From Sphagnum compactum (lineage: Eukaryota): a stretch of 64,000 bases of DNA. The number at the start of each line of letters is the position of its first letter. Position 1 is the stretch's first letter. The notes under the pieces were generated by a model that ran no database searches, had not been told where the DNA came from, and saw only the letters and a program-made list of their open reading frames with translations. The stretch spans positions 744,001 through 808,000 of the forward strand of contig OZ234494.1 in the NCBI GenBank assembly GCA_965153455.1. The letters run 5' to 3'. The position numbers and the translations under genes were made by a program. Of this stretch, positions 39,428 through 53,100 are shown piece by piece.

Positions 39428-41788
39428 ATGCCAGAAACTGAAGTTGATGCTGTCCCAGCTGAGGTGCAAGCGCCTGCTAAAAGTCCAATTGCAGAGGTAC
39501 AAGCTCCTGCTCAAAGCGCAATTGTGGAGGAGCATGAGGAAGCTGCACCAGTTCGCAAATTTCCTATAGATGCTGGATTGCAAAAGAAACTCCGACAAAA
39601 CTTCCCTTGGTTTGTTAAGAAAGGAGCCAAAAAGAAAACCGAGCTCCAAGAGAAGTTTGTGATTACAACCCATCAGCCTCTTTGAAACCTTGAGACCCAC
39701 ACCACCCATTTTTATCAAAAATTTCTTTGCAACACCCTCCCTGCTGACAATTTTTTTCTAGCTTGATAGTTTATGCTGCAAGTCAGGTTGAAAGCCATGT
39801 ATGCACTCAACCCATGTTGGATGAACCTGCTGAAAACTGTGTACGATCAGAGTCTCAATTCAGGATTTCTAACTTTTGTTCCATGAATCCTAATTCAGGA
39901 TTTCGAACTTTTGTTCCATGAATCCTAATTCAGGATTTCTAACTTTTTTCTCACAAATCTTGAACCTCAAAAGTGTATAGATGATGCAGGGATGTGGGAC
40001 CACTCTTAAGAACAGCGGGCCTAAATCCTTCAGAGGAGCAAATTGCAGAGATCACCCAGAATGTATGTATTCTGACTTTCATCATCTACTTATGTGGGTT
40101 GTTATTGAACCTTTTTTTTTGGGTTGATTGATGCTTATCATTGGCATGGGAAGGAAATTAGACTGTGTTGCTCCAAGTTTGGTAAAACCAGAAGTTGGAC
40201 AGCACTGATGATATCACTCCCAGTTCACAAATTCATATGAGTAAACCTCCTCCCACATAACAACCAAATTGTGTTGTTGCTGAATCATATTTTAATGATT
40301 TTCCTTGTAAGTGGATGTTTTGATTAAATTCTGAAAAACCATTATAGGCAAAAATTGATTTATCAGAGTGGCCACTGGTCTGCAGGCAAGGTCCAAGGAA
40401 CGGCCAACAGCAACAAAAGGATTTTTTGACTACGAGAATTTTGAACAAAAGGTTGCTGAGTACCTGATTTTGAACCCGGATGGGTTTGCTCGCCACCCAG
40501 TGGAGAAAATAATGGAAGCAATGAATGTGAGTTTTTCCACCACCTTTTTAATACATGTGACTGAAGAACCCATTTTGTTATTCTTTGTACAAAGTCTACC
40601 TCCATAGCATAATGCTACTAGCAATAGGAAAATTCCTGAGGGGGCTGGCATTCTAAATGAACCTTTTGAGTTGGGCATTTCAGACCAGTACTATGTGCAT
40701 GATAACATTACAACTACACATGGAGCCTAAGCTTTAAATTGTCTATGACACAAAATAGCAACAGTTTTGCACTAACCTTCAACCTGGAACTTGAGTGCTC
40801 ATCTGATATTGAACTCTGCAATTGAATGGTTTCATGTTTTTTTCTGGTTGGTTCATGTGAGCTGAAGTTTAGAGCTCCACAGACAAATGGACCCAATATC
40901 TTCCAAAAACTAGCATTCAAATCGCAATGTGAATGAAATAAGAAAACCCTATTTTTATCTCCTTCCAGAAGGCAGAAGGGGATCTCCGTTAGTAGATTCT
41001 CTTTACCCTCCAAAAACACACAGTTTTTCTCTAATCTGTTACATTGTGAAGGACACCCAAAGTCATTCATAGTAGCCTATAACCAATTTCATGTAGACAC
41101 TTACAATATTTCTGTGGGTCAATTTTGGAGTGCTTCCAGATATGTCTTGAAGGGAAGACTGAGGTTGATGCTGCAATATTCAAGGTACCCTTCCCAAATC
41201 CTCGTAGATGGGTTAGCAAGAATGCAATCTCCACAATCGTTTGGAGTGAATTGATTTCCAAAACAAGAAAGAAAAACCTCTGGAAAGCCAAATTAGGAAA
41301 GGATCTGATTTCCAAAAGGAGAAACTTTGCTTTCAGCAGCATGCTTTCTCAGAACACTGCAATATCAGCAATGCTAATTGGATACACTTTTCATTCCTGC
41401 TCTTCATTAAACTGTAAGATCTGTTTTATTTCTTGTCAATAGAGAATCAATTGAACATCACTTTGTGAGACTTTGCAAATTCAGCTATTCAAAAGTCTTT
41501 ATTTTAAGTTGACAGCCACAATTGTTTCACACCTGTAAAGAAAATTGGAATCAATGGAAAATGAGTGTGGTTAGTTTGTGTGGTTGGGTGTGACCTTGAG
41601 CTCAGAAAATGATGATGACAAAGGGCAATGCACCATTTACAGAGGCAGAAAGCACCAAAATGATGCAGGTTGCCAGAGACTTTGACACTGGGATGGTCTA
41701 CTGCAAGGAGTATGCTGCACTTCTGGCTCAAGATGGCATTCCCCTTCCACCTGATCCTTTAGAACCTTCTGATGAAAAATACCGCTGA
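39428..41788 (+). CDS. DRC8: Calmodulin-like EF-hand protein, dynein regulatory complex subunit 8 / EFCAB2-like
   Basis: Exons 39428-39654, 39990-40062, 40386-40526, 41140-41184, 41606-41788 join in frame: LQKKLRQNF...KDVGPLLRTAGLNPSEEQIAEI...TKGFFDYENFEQKV...VEKIMEAMN...MMTKGNAPFTEAESTKMMQVARDFDTGMVYCKEYAALLA. Calmodulin-like architecture is clear; DRC8 orthology is from recalled similarity. Confidence 0.75.
39856..39950. repeat. ~35-36-bp tandem repeat (about 2.6 copies) in intron 1 of the DRC8-like gene
   Basis: aattcaggatttc(t/g)aacttttgttccatgaatcct repeated. Confidence 0.85.
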
Positions 41789-42749
41789 TCATGTTCTTAG
41801 AACTCTGTAAGCAGCAAATCTAAGCAAACTCTGTATGAGTTCGCTTAGATTTTCAATCACCCCACCCATCTCAATTTCAAGTTTCTCTTGAGATCCTTTT
41901 GAGACCTGTTAAAACACAATTCTTGGGCAGGTCAAGGTGAGAGCACTGCAAGAGTTAAGGTTTGTGAGGTTTGTGCACAAACTTCCCATAAGATTGAATA
42001 TAAACTTTTGGTAGAGGACTTGCGCAAAGAGGTTCTCAATTACATCATCTTTTATGTCTTATTTGCTTCTAGAAATTTCTTTGTTTTCCTTGTCAATGAT
42101 TTACCATTCTTGTACGCCTTTTAGGCACATCTTGGTGTCATCACATGTGGATTGATTTTGAAGGACAATTTTGACAGCAGCAAAGCTTGTGGCAGGACAT
42201 GAGAAATTGTGTTAAGGGGAGCTTGGTTTTTGAAATGCAACAAGATTGTGCAAGAGATGGTAACTTTGAAGGGTAGTAAGCAACAAGGTGAATTTGAAAT
42301 GCAACAAAGTTGTGGGACACTAAGAATTTTGAGGAGCAAACATGAAGAGGAAGGAGTGGCAAATAATGATAGCTGGTTGTCAAAGCACTTAAAAAGAGCT
42401 CTTAGCTTGTAGGACAAGGTGAAGAATGAAAGGGGGGCACCCATGTGTCCTCAACATCTCCTAGCTTGTGTAACACTTGCCTTTGAGGGTCAATGTGAGG
42501 CATCACTGAATAATAAAAAGGGGGTATCCTACCTATTCTATATGTCTATTTATATGTCACATACCCTTTGCTTTCCATGCTCTCACCAGGTCATTTGGAG
42601 TCACCACAATCAATCATTCCTTAGGCTGGTCAACCCATGTCCTCAAATGTGTAAGCCTCTATGTTGAGTTATCACAAATGGCTTGTTGAATCGCACTGAT
42701 CTTCTTCAGGAGCACTGATCTTCTTGAGGGGCCTCGTTGGAGGAAACCA

Positions 42750-43579
42750 GTCAACGAAATTTGAAAGTGCATAGAAGGACCTCATCCTTGCAAAACTCAT
42801 CAATGTACTGCATAACAAAAGACCTGCCCTTGGAGCCATCCAACTGCTGCAGCACTTCGACATACTGCCATGTCTGCTGACTGCAATTTTTGATCATCCA
42901 ATCATGGAGATTTTTGCTTGTGTTGCAGTCCAAGGACATGCTGTAGCATTTTTAGAGTTTTCACAGTACTGGAGTGTGAACAATTTGTCCTCTCCTCTGC
43001 CTAGAATTCAATGTGAAGGAGCCCAACATCCCCATGACTAGCAAAACCCAGTGGTTTCTTGATAAACAAGGCACAAGGACAGTTCCATTGCTGTGGCCCC
43101 TTGGAAAATACATAGCTGCAGTCTTCTGCCAGTTGATTCTAGAACTGCATGGCAAGAAAATCATGTGCTGGATGATACATACTACAGCACGTGATTTTCT
43201 TTCCATGCATTTAGATCTGGCATCAACTGCATGGAAGCTCCAGCTCCAATAGTGAAATCCAGACCACACACAATATAGGGAAGAGTCTTTGGTTTAGTGC
43301 ATGACCATGTTTTGCAAGGACCACCTTGCAAATTTGTGTCTCCTTCTGGGTCTGGATACAGTGCCCCTGGCTGCAGGATGTGCCACTCCAGTATCTGAAT
43401 ATGCTTCTCTGTACTTGGCATAACAGGGCTGTGCATAGGTACCTCAACAGGTGGTCTTGCATGTCCTTCCTCATGAAGTGGGACAGTCTGAGAGTCCTTG
43501 AACATGTCCATAAAGTTCCCAACAGGAGTCAAGGACCACTCTGGCAGGATAGAAAATACACCTAGAACCATTTCTTGTG
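42750..43579 (-). pseudogene. Decayed Ulp1/C48-like cysteine protease domain downstream of the zinc-finger gene
   Basis: VLVPCLSRNHWVLLV...FTLNS...**...VEVLQQLDGSKGRSFVMQYI versus the Ulp1 pattern P....HW.L.V...DS...PQQ.DG.DCG.FV..Y; in-frame stops at 42961-42963 and 42952-42954. Confidence 0.65.
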
Positions 43580-46500
43580 TCACACTTGCGATATTACATT
43601 TGTGACATCAGTAACAGCAGCAGGAACAGCACCTCCTTCTATAGAGTCTGCTGCCTCGCATACTGCAGATGTAGGAGGAGGCTGAGTGGCCAGAACTGAG
43701 CGTGCAAAGTCAGCAGTAGCAGTATGGAACCCCCGGAGGGCTTCTATTAGCTTGACCTTGAGGTCCTTGTTATAATCTGCAAAGAAATTTTGTCAATGTG
43801 AGAATTCACTACAATGTACTGCAGAACAAGTACAGAAGGTGTTGGTGGTATGGAAAAGGATCTTACCTGCGGATTGGGGGAATATCCAGCCCATGTCCAA
43901 GCTCTCCCTCATCCGCAGTACATCATAGAACACAGCAGTAGCCTCTTGCTTGCGCCCAACTTCATTTGGTCCCTCTACAGGTCTGAACCAAAGTAGTTCC
44001 AGCTCAATCCTCCGTCCCATCTTCACCATATCAACAACACCACGACAGAATGATCTCACCAGCCAACTCCATGTTAGATCTATGATATTTTCTTGAGATG
44101 ATAACTGATATCCCAGCAAGCCCAGAAGATCTTTCCTGATGCCATCAGCAATGTCATCATTCATGTCCATGTGGGGGAAGTAAAGGAAGCCCATGTCTAT
44201 GAGGTTTTCTACTGCTATTGTAAAGCGAACTGACTCACTCTGGTTCAGCAGTACATGAACAATTTTTTGTTTTGATAGGCCTCTAAAAGGGCAGCACAGT
44301 GGTACCAAATGTCCTACTCTACCAAATTGAAAGAGCTTCAGTGCTCTGACCAAGGGAGGACAAGGGATATCTTCAGATGCAGTGACATCACAAGACTCAA
44401 CTAAGGCCAGCAGCTCTTCAGATGTGTGCTGCCAAGGTGCACTTGGAGTCCACTTAAGACTGGGCCCTGAAGTAATGCGATTCATCTTGAGGAATTGAAA
44501 CAGTGGCGACCAACCCCAATCGTTACTCTCCTTCTTCATGCATTCAGCCTTATCCCACTTCTCCAATTCCTTTTGGACAAAATCGTCCTGCTTGATGAGA
44601 ATGAGACGGTTTTTAGCTTCAATAGCAGCCCAATGCTCTCGCTGTTTGCCGAGAGCAGTTAAGTAAAGTTGAAATGCTTTGATCTCTTCTCCACGAGCCA
44701 TGGGATCTGCCTCCCCATTCTTCTTCTGAAATGCCTTGACTGTCTTTACAATGTATTGGTCATTATCAGTGCTTCCAGGGGCCTGCCAGAGAGACCATTA
44801 CATCATTGTATATCACACAAACCCTAATTTGTCATGCAAGACTGGAGGAAATATAGCAAATGAAATATGAAAACATGTTGAAAGCTTACCCCAACATCAG
44901 TGCGAAAGAGATACTGCCCATATGCCTTGAAAATACGTTCTGCAAGGATCTCCTGGCTTTGCAGACTAAGCATTGCCTCCATAGCTGCTTGAGGGTCCTT
45001 TAGAAGTTCAGAGTTTATGATCTCAGTGGTGTGTTCTGCAAGAAGGTAGAGTCCACTAGGAGGACAGTCCACTGAGGGAGACAAATCAGCACCATTACCC
45101 ACATTCAATGCCAACGGGAACTTCTTCTGGGCTGCTCTCCTGGCATTTGCCTCCAATTCCTCCCTAGTCTTGGGCAAGGAAAGCTCCATTTCTGGCAGAG
45201 CTCTATGAGGCTTCAGAGATGGGACAGTGGCTACAGGGTACGCTCCCTTACGGTCAGGTACTGCATGTGGAGGAAGTAATTTTGTCTTAGGGTGGTGAAT
45301 GGCACTCCTTTGCTGGGAAGGTCCTGCCAGAGAGGTCACTGCCTGTGGTTCTGCACACTGCATCTGTGTCATGTAAAGTTGAATAGAATTCTGCTCCTTT
45401 TCTCTTCGGGGTTTTTTCTGGTGTCCTGGAGTATCATCAAAGTCAATGTCCGTCTCACTATCCACCAATGGAGACAATACCACAGTACCCTTGGCCTCCA
45501 TGTCATCCTTCCTCCTGCTCTTCACCTCCTTCTTTATCCGCTCCTTCTGCTTCTCTGATTTCCCTTTGTTTATGTGGAGGACCTTGAAGTCCTGTCCCTG
45601 TGTTGCTGCACCATTATCATCCTCAGGTGGTGGTGGAGGCAACACAGGGTAGGTCAACTTGTGTTTCTCAAACACAGCTTTGATCTCCTTCTTGTCACAG
45701 AATGGGTACATTTTGAGGTACTGTCCACTTCCAGGAGGTCGTTTTGGGCACTCGTTCTTAATCCTATGGTAGGAGAGTGTGGCCTTGTCCTTAAAATCTT
45801 CCTCGCAGTACATGCAAAAGAAGGGGATCCTAGAGGTCCATCCAAGCTGACTCCTTCTACAGAACTGGTGCACCTCTATAATCAGATACTCAAATTCTGA
45901 CTCAGTAAAATATCCCTCAAAAGGGCCTTGCCTGCATTGTTTGAATGTGCATTTCCGAACTCGCTCTCTGCCATCCTTGCCTGCCAGTACCTGTTGCATA
46001 GTACTCTAAACCTTAAGGTGGGATATTGGTTTTAGTGCTAAACCATAATACCCTAAACCCCAGCAGCTGTAAATCATGGCAGTCTTGCCTCTCTTTACTG
46101 AAACAGGACCACATGTGCAACCTCAAGCTTGAAAATTATGTTGTACCCTAGACCCCAATGCATTAACCCCAGCAAGCAGTTGTAATCATCCTGTGTCCTG
46201 TGTGTTTCCCGCAAAACCTGGACATCTGCAACTTCTACGATGCTGAAATGTAGACCAAGTCTGTTCGTGCTATAACCAGGACGTCTGCAACTTCTACCAT
46301 GATGAAACCTAGACCAAGTACCTTGAAAAGTAAACCCTAAAATCTCCAAAACCTTGATACCACCCTACCCAGAACACCAATTTTGCAGAGGAAATGAGAG
46401 AAAAGGCAGGGTATTGAGAACTCGCCCCTTCAACCCAGCCTGGTGGTGAAGTCTTCATCAGTAGAAGTTGCTGTGACGTCAAAGCCCTAGTGTCCAGAAT

Positions 46501-46677
46501 GAAGGCATTCTGCCGGAGCTTCCCCAGAAATTCATTTCGCATAGGATGGCTGGAGGAGACCTGTGTCATCTCCTTCATCATCTTTGACATCTTCACGACC
46601 TCCATGTCCTGACTACCTTCGTGTTCTCCCTCCTCCCTGATCAAGCTTTCTGAAGTACCTTCGCTCCTGCTATCCAT
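43580..46677 (-). CDS. Unassigned ~840-aa protein with C2HC-type zinc-finger motifs; possibly transposon-derived
   Basis: Exons 46677-46369, 45990-44890, 44782-43867, 43776-43580 total 2523 nt, open and phase-compatible with GT-AG ends. Motifs CTFKQC-x21-HQFC and CMYC-x12-H-x5-C; basic/acidic NLS-like stretch. Start codon uncertain; further upstream exons possible to ~48.6 kb. Confidence 0.7.
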
Positions 46678-48547
46678 TGATAGTACTTCCTGGTTTGTCC
46701 TAATCTGTATCCCATCAACCTCATTCCCCTCATCAACACTTTCACACACCAAAGATTTACATATACCTGCAAGATCTCTGGCACAAAGAATGAACCAGAA
46801 CCAGAAACAGGAAGTATGCTAGTGTGGAAAAACTATATATTCCAGTGTGGAAAACGATTCCATCAAAATCATACTGTGCTCAACAGGAGGACTGAGAAAG
46901 CACCTTATTCATTCTGCTACAAGATCAAGGGACTAAATCACCCGTTGCTTCTTCTGAGATGAGGGTGCTCAATGCTGTCCAACAATTGCCTTATCAGAGG
47001 GCAGCTGAATGAGACCTTCCTTCTCACCAGACAGCAGCTCCCTGTGGCAAAGAACATTTTCCTTGTCAAAGCCATAGCCAGTGAGAGACAAAAAAATTAA
47101 GAGAATTACCTCCCAAGTCAGGCAAAAACTCATACAAGGATCAATGGATATTGACTCAGGTTTCTGCTACAAGTCCCCAAAAATGTCATCACAGAACATA
47201 TGAGCTGAATGCTCACTCTGAGATCCATGCATGGTAAGTATTGCAACAGATCAGAAGTAAACTGGTAACATCTGTGAGAGTTTAACAATGAGCAGCAACT
47301 GCATCAACAGAAAATGGGTATGGCCAAGCAAGATTCTACCAACTGATATTCAACCATCAACCACCCACACAGTTCTCAAACCACACTTTCACTGACCTGG
47401 TAATACCATAAGAACCAAACTGTAGCTTGATGCATACAAGAGAAGTCCCTTTGATAAGAACCTGGAATACCCATATTAACCAACAACATCAGGCACTGGA
47501 AAACTTTAACATTAAGACCTTACTCTATGCAGGCATAGAATGGAACCAGGTAGAAGCTGCTAACTTTTTGAGCTCACCTTTGGGATCCTTCACCCAATCC
47601 TGGTTTTGGCAGTGCTTATACTGCTGCATTTCCATTTTGCAGTGCTGATGCTCATTGTCCAAACTTACCACATCATCATTTGTCTGCTTCACAAGATTTG
47701 CCACACCAGTGGCAGCAACAAATTGTCCTTTTTCTTCTGGTTGCTTGCTGGCATCATTAGCACTCAACCCTGCAAAGGCCCAGACCCAGAGCATCACATT
47801 ACAACTTCTCTCTCTCCAACTTGATATGTATTTGCAGCTGTTTGGAAACATGAGACCTGGCATACATTCTGACCAGATGTTCTTCATGCACAATATTGTC
47901 GTGATGTTGCTGCAGATGCTCTAAAGCATACAATACCATCTAGTGTGCACCACCAAATTATGGATCAACCAAATTCATCATCATCAGATTCTGAACAAAG
48001 CCTTTCTTAATATTTTGTTCCATCACTGACTCCAGTGAACTTTGGGAAGAAAACATGAACTCTTCGTGTGCTCTTTGCATGACCCCCCTTTTTTTGCAAA
48101 TATCAAGTGCAGTGTCAGCTCAAAAGTTGCTGCTGTTGGGAAGTGGGACGGGGCATTATTTTCTTTTCATTACTGGACATAACTTCAAGAGATAAACAAA
48201 ACTGGGACATGGCAAACAAACCCACCATAACTGGAGGAAAAAAAAGATGCAAAAAGCCCAAAAAAAAAAACCCAATAAAGTTCCGAGTAGGATTCAAGAC
48301 TTACATGAGCATTGGTTGGTGGATAACGCAGCAGCAGAAGAACTCCAACTGCTGTCACACTTGCGCGAAAATTGCAGTTGGAGGCCACCCACGGATCCTA
48401 AGGGGCACATCAAGGAAGCTTTAATTTTTAAACCCTAGAACTATAAAACCCTAAACGGCCATTTGCATGTAAGGTGCGAGACAACGTCGTACTGCACATA
48501 CATGTGCAATGCAAGTGGTAGGACATTTGTTGCAAGTCCGATAATGA

Positions 48548-48588
<41 letters not shown>

Positions 48589-50184
48589 AGAGATCCACAG
48601 ACACAGACAGACAGACAGACAGGGAGCAGGACGGCAAAGGGAAGGAAAACTGCGATGGGGGAGGGACTGCATGGATTAGGGCCGGGTTTGTGGAAACCGG
48701 GTCCCGGAGAAACGCCCTGTTCACGCCCTGTCCACGGACACGTGTAGGGTTTAAGGCGCCTGGGTACATAGTAGGTATGTTTTTATATGAGGATTTATGA
48801 AAGATGATATTTTGGCTTGTGTTCAAACTTGAGATTAGTTTTTATAGAGTTCCGAGAGCTTGGAAGCTTGTATTTTGGTTTCTTTCAGAGGATTACAAGC
48901 TTCAGGTTTTTTGAAGATTATATACTTTGGCGTGGTGAAATATTTGAATTTCCATTATTCCTTTTTTTGCCTTCCGACACTTTTTTAATGTAAATGGCAA
49001 GGCCAGAGTGTGACACAACAACCCTTGTTAAAAAGTAAGGGTATGAAATGCTGAGACTCTTTTGGGATTCAATGCACAAGGCTCGTGATCAATTTATACC
49101 TACAGTACACATAGCAGCAGCAACAGTACACAGAGCAGCAGCAACGACTAGTTGAAGGCGTTCAGGACAAAAAAAGGAGCGGGGCAAACTCAGTTTTAAC
49201 ATGTAGCAAAGCTTATAATGATAAAGTTATCGGTGAAGTCAGGAAAAGAGGAAAAGGCGGCACCAGAACCCCCTGTTTGGTCACACTAAGGGGATGAGAT
49301 TTCAAAAAACAGGGGGAAAAGGTGAACACCGGGTTTCAACGGGGCATGAAACTCAGTTTTAGCAGCAAAATTGAAGCTGATGATGGAATCTCACCTTGTG
49401 TCAATCTTAAAAACTCTTGGACTTAAAGAGATGCCCCTGAGCAAGACATGATTTCAAGTGGCAAAGAGCACATGTTAATCCCTACCAACAAGCTACCCAG
49501 ACCTCTAAAGCTTGTGCCATTCTCTGGAGCAGATGTTGAATACTCTTGGACTATGACCTAATTGAGGAATTTTGCTAGACATTTGCTGAAAATAACCAAA
49601 AGCCCATTCTAATGGTACATCTCAAGCACCAAATTTTAGAGGGATTTCAAACTTCACAGTCACAGAATATAAACACATTGGAGGTGCACCTGATGATATA
49701 CTTCTTGCTGTGGTCATCAGAAGGAATTTTATTGATCTTCTTCCCATTGCCATGTAAGATCACGACAGAGATGGTATTTGTCACAATTTGAATTGAGACA
49801 ATGTACTGCAAAACCTGTGTCATCAATGAGTGTCAACATCTAACCCAAATAGAAAACTTGTTCACCTGAGAATGAACCTGTTACAGTTGCTGGAAGGAGT
49901 TGGGGGCTAGGGGCATGTGGCCAAAGCTGTCAAGAACAGTTCAATTTGTCCAACAAGAGAAGTTTTGCAAGGATTGCACCAAACAGGACAAACAAATAGT
50001 TCAAACCTTTGCTACTGTTGGAACTACTTAGTACTATAGAATGGGATTACAGAACAAATGAGGTTGTTTGGGATCAACACCACCCAAACTTACACGAGCA
50101 ACAATTTTTTATCAGCAAATAAAGTTCCTGTAACATAAAAGCCATAACTTGTGAGATCAGTAAACAAGCACCTATCATCTACTG

Positions 50185-53100
50185 TTAATGTACGCAGTTT
50201 CTGTGATTTGATAGTGGTTCAAGAGGCAGGTTATCCTGTAGCCCAGGTCCCTGTTCCTTCACCATTGTCCAGAAAGAAGCAAAATAGCGATTCTGCAATG
50301 ACAAAAAGCATGTGTCATTTTGGGTTTGTCTGTTCCAAAGCATGCAAAGAAAGATTAGAAAGCTCCCTGTATTAATCCCTCATAAAAGGGCATCCAAAGA
50401 AATATATATATTTGTGCAGAGATAACAGAGGATAGTCATACCTGCATCATTGATTTGCAATTGGCAGTGTACGTTGTCTCTATCATGCTCTCCTTCTGTC
50501 ACAAAATGGTCATGCCAAGGTTGTAATGTAAGTGGAGCTGGAAATAACTCATGTGAAACGCTGAAGTACAAAGTCCATTCATCAATCTTAGACATGGTTT
50601 TCCTCACAGCCACTCCATGAAGAATTCACAACTTCAGACAAGATAGAAGTATTTAAACTTTACTCCGAACCTCACAAGATCTCAAGTTCACACTGCAGTA
50701 TACCTTAAGGAGAAGGCCATAGTGAGATGCCACCATTTTTACATCTTCCAGACTAAGCTCAATTGACATCTCCTGTAGATCTCATTCAACCATTTGTCAT
50801 TGTCAAAAGCCACTGCATTGTTGCTTACTCATCTCTCTCTCGCAGTCCACCAAAGAACAGGGACATACAACTCACACTTACAATAAAACGCTTTCCCTCA
50901 TTTTATTTTTCTTCACCTTTTTATGATGTTCAAGGAGGAAAGTAAGCAGGTACATTTACTTTCTGACATGCCATGCATAGCAGTTCCTTTCTTTCCAATT
51001 AGTGAATCCAAAGCTCTCGAGTTGTACTAAGTTTGACAGCTTGGCACCAAAACAGCGCAAAATGGAGGCACTACAAATAGTTGGGTACATTCGTACATTT
51101 AAGATGCATACAATTTGCTGGCCAAGTGACTGCACTCACCTCTTCTTGTGAATAACTGTGAGCATCTGCAAAATGATAAAGTAGTGGGCCCAAATTTATC
51201 CACACCTGCCAATTCTCCCATCCCAAACTTTGGTTCAAACACTTGCAATACCCTGGAAACAGAGGAACTTCATGTTCTAATGCTGCTCATTCTGTGCCTC
51301 CAATATGAGCATCAGATAGCAAGTATCAATGAGCAGAGGCATACCCCTCCAGGCTTGAGAGCCTTTGCAATTACTTCAAGGTATTCCACTATATTGTGGG
51401 CTGTGTCAATAAAGAAGCAAGATACAACAGCATCCCAGGCCTCTGCAACAGACATACATAATCAAGACATGCACAGAACGTGATTTTCCTCATAACCCCT
51501 AAATATCCCATAGCTACTAGCTAATAACCCACATTCTCAAGTAGATACAGTAACAACTCCAGAGTTCCAGCAAACCAATTACGTACATTTGTACATCTGG
51601 GAGAGATGTTCCATCATGCTCATTTTAGCATAATCTAAATGGGACTGCAAACCTTGGTGAAACCCCTAGTAAACAATTTAATGCATACACCAAAAATCAA
51701 CTCAAATACTGAAAAACGTCTGCTTATTCATCACAAATCATAAGCATAGGCTGTTGAAGGGCTTCAACCAACTCTCATACACCTCAAAAAGTTGACAGCC
51801 CTTTGAAATAATAACAAAATTCAGCAGTTAACAGATTAGTCATTTACCTGCCTGACTAGGGTGACTGTAAACCTCAACAAAATCACCCGCGCACATTGAA
51901 AAGCCCTCTGTTATTCCTGCACTGCTACAAAACATCACTGGTGTCAAACATATGTTTTCATATGAATCCTCAGAAGATTAGCCTCCCATTTCATATGACA
52001 TGCATGACTTGAGAATGGTAACGACCAATGGAAGTCAGTAAATGCTCCTGATCCACATTAAGATTTGCAGATTCTTCAGAAGGTTGCCCCATCTTCATCT
52101 GGTTCTTCTTTAAGCATATCAGTGAACATGGTAGTTGACTCTCTGTCAGAATTTTGGCTGATGATACTGACCTCCCTGGATGAAGATCTGGGAACTGAAC
52201 CGCACGTAGTTGATCTTCATCTGTCAGGGAGTTGCAATTGCTATGAATCCAAGGATGCAAAGTCCATTCCAATGGTGCCTGTGTTCTGCTTATCAAATAC
52301 CCATATTTCATAGTGAAAAAAAATATGGCTCTTCAGCATCACTTCAATACATATGCTGCAAAATGGGAAGACCTGAATGCAGCATACAACAAAAGGTCAA
52401 AGGTTACAAAACCAAGAGGCAACCCAAAAAGATCAACAACGAGCAGGCAGGGATGGACTCACTGGTTCAAAATGAAGCTGGAGCACATAAGCATGTAGTA
52501 TGAGAACTCATTGCCCTGAGTAATGAAACCTGTGTCCATGGAAGAGGGAAGTTGGAGAACAGAGGAATTGCATACACAAAACCTTATGCTAGGACAACTC
52601 CACCATTCCTTTGACGATTGACCACTGCCAGTGCCTCATGATGCTTAAATCAATCTTGTGCACAAAGAACTAGTAGAGAAAGATGAACATACCAAGTCGT
52701 GAGATTTCACAAGCAAGACGACCAAGTCCTGCACCTGGAACCAAACAGCTTGGTGGGCTGAAACACTCACAACAAACCCCACACCGCAAAAACAGGATGG
52801 CATCATCATTTCTTAATTCAAAAATTAGGGTCCTGCCTGGAATCCTCACAAAAGATGCCATCCCAGATCAACTGGTCCTGAGCCAAGCTTCATTTGCATT
52901 GGCAACAATTTGTCTTGCAGACAATTACCAGAACTCATCATAAAAAAACACTGTAGTTAGAATGCATAGCACACATAGGAATGTTCCAGAAGACTAGGAA
53001 AGGCCATCAGGGAAAAACTCCTTGCCTTTCTGCTCACTCACCTCTCTTGGCTCCTATGTGGAAAACAGCGTTGGAGCTCCTGCAATATTGGGGCATAGCA

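Noticed and set aside
44815-48452. Scattered AAACCCTA words as interstitial telomere remnants
   Set aside because: Isolated single or double copies in introns and leaders, common across this window; not an array.
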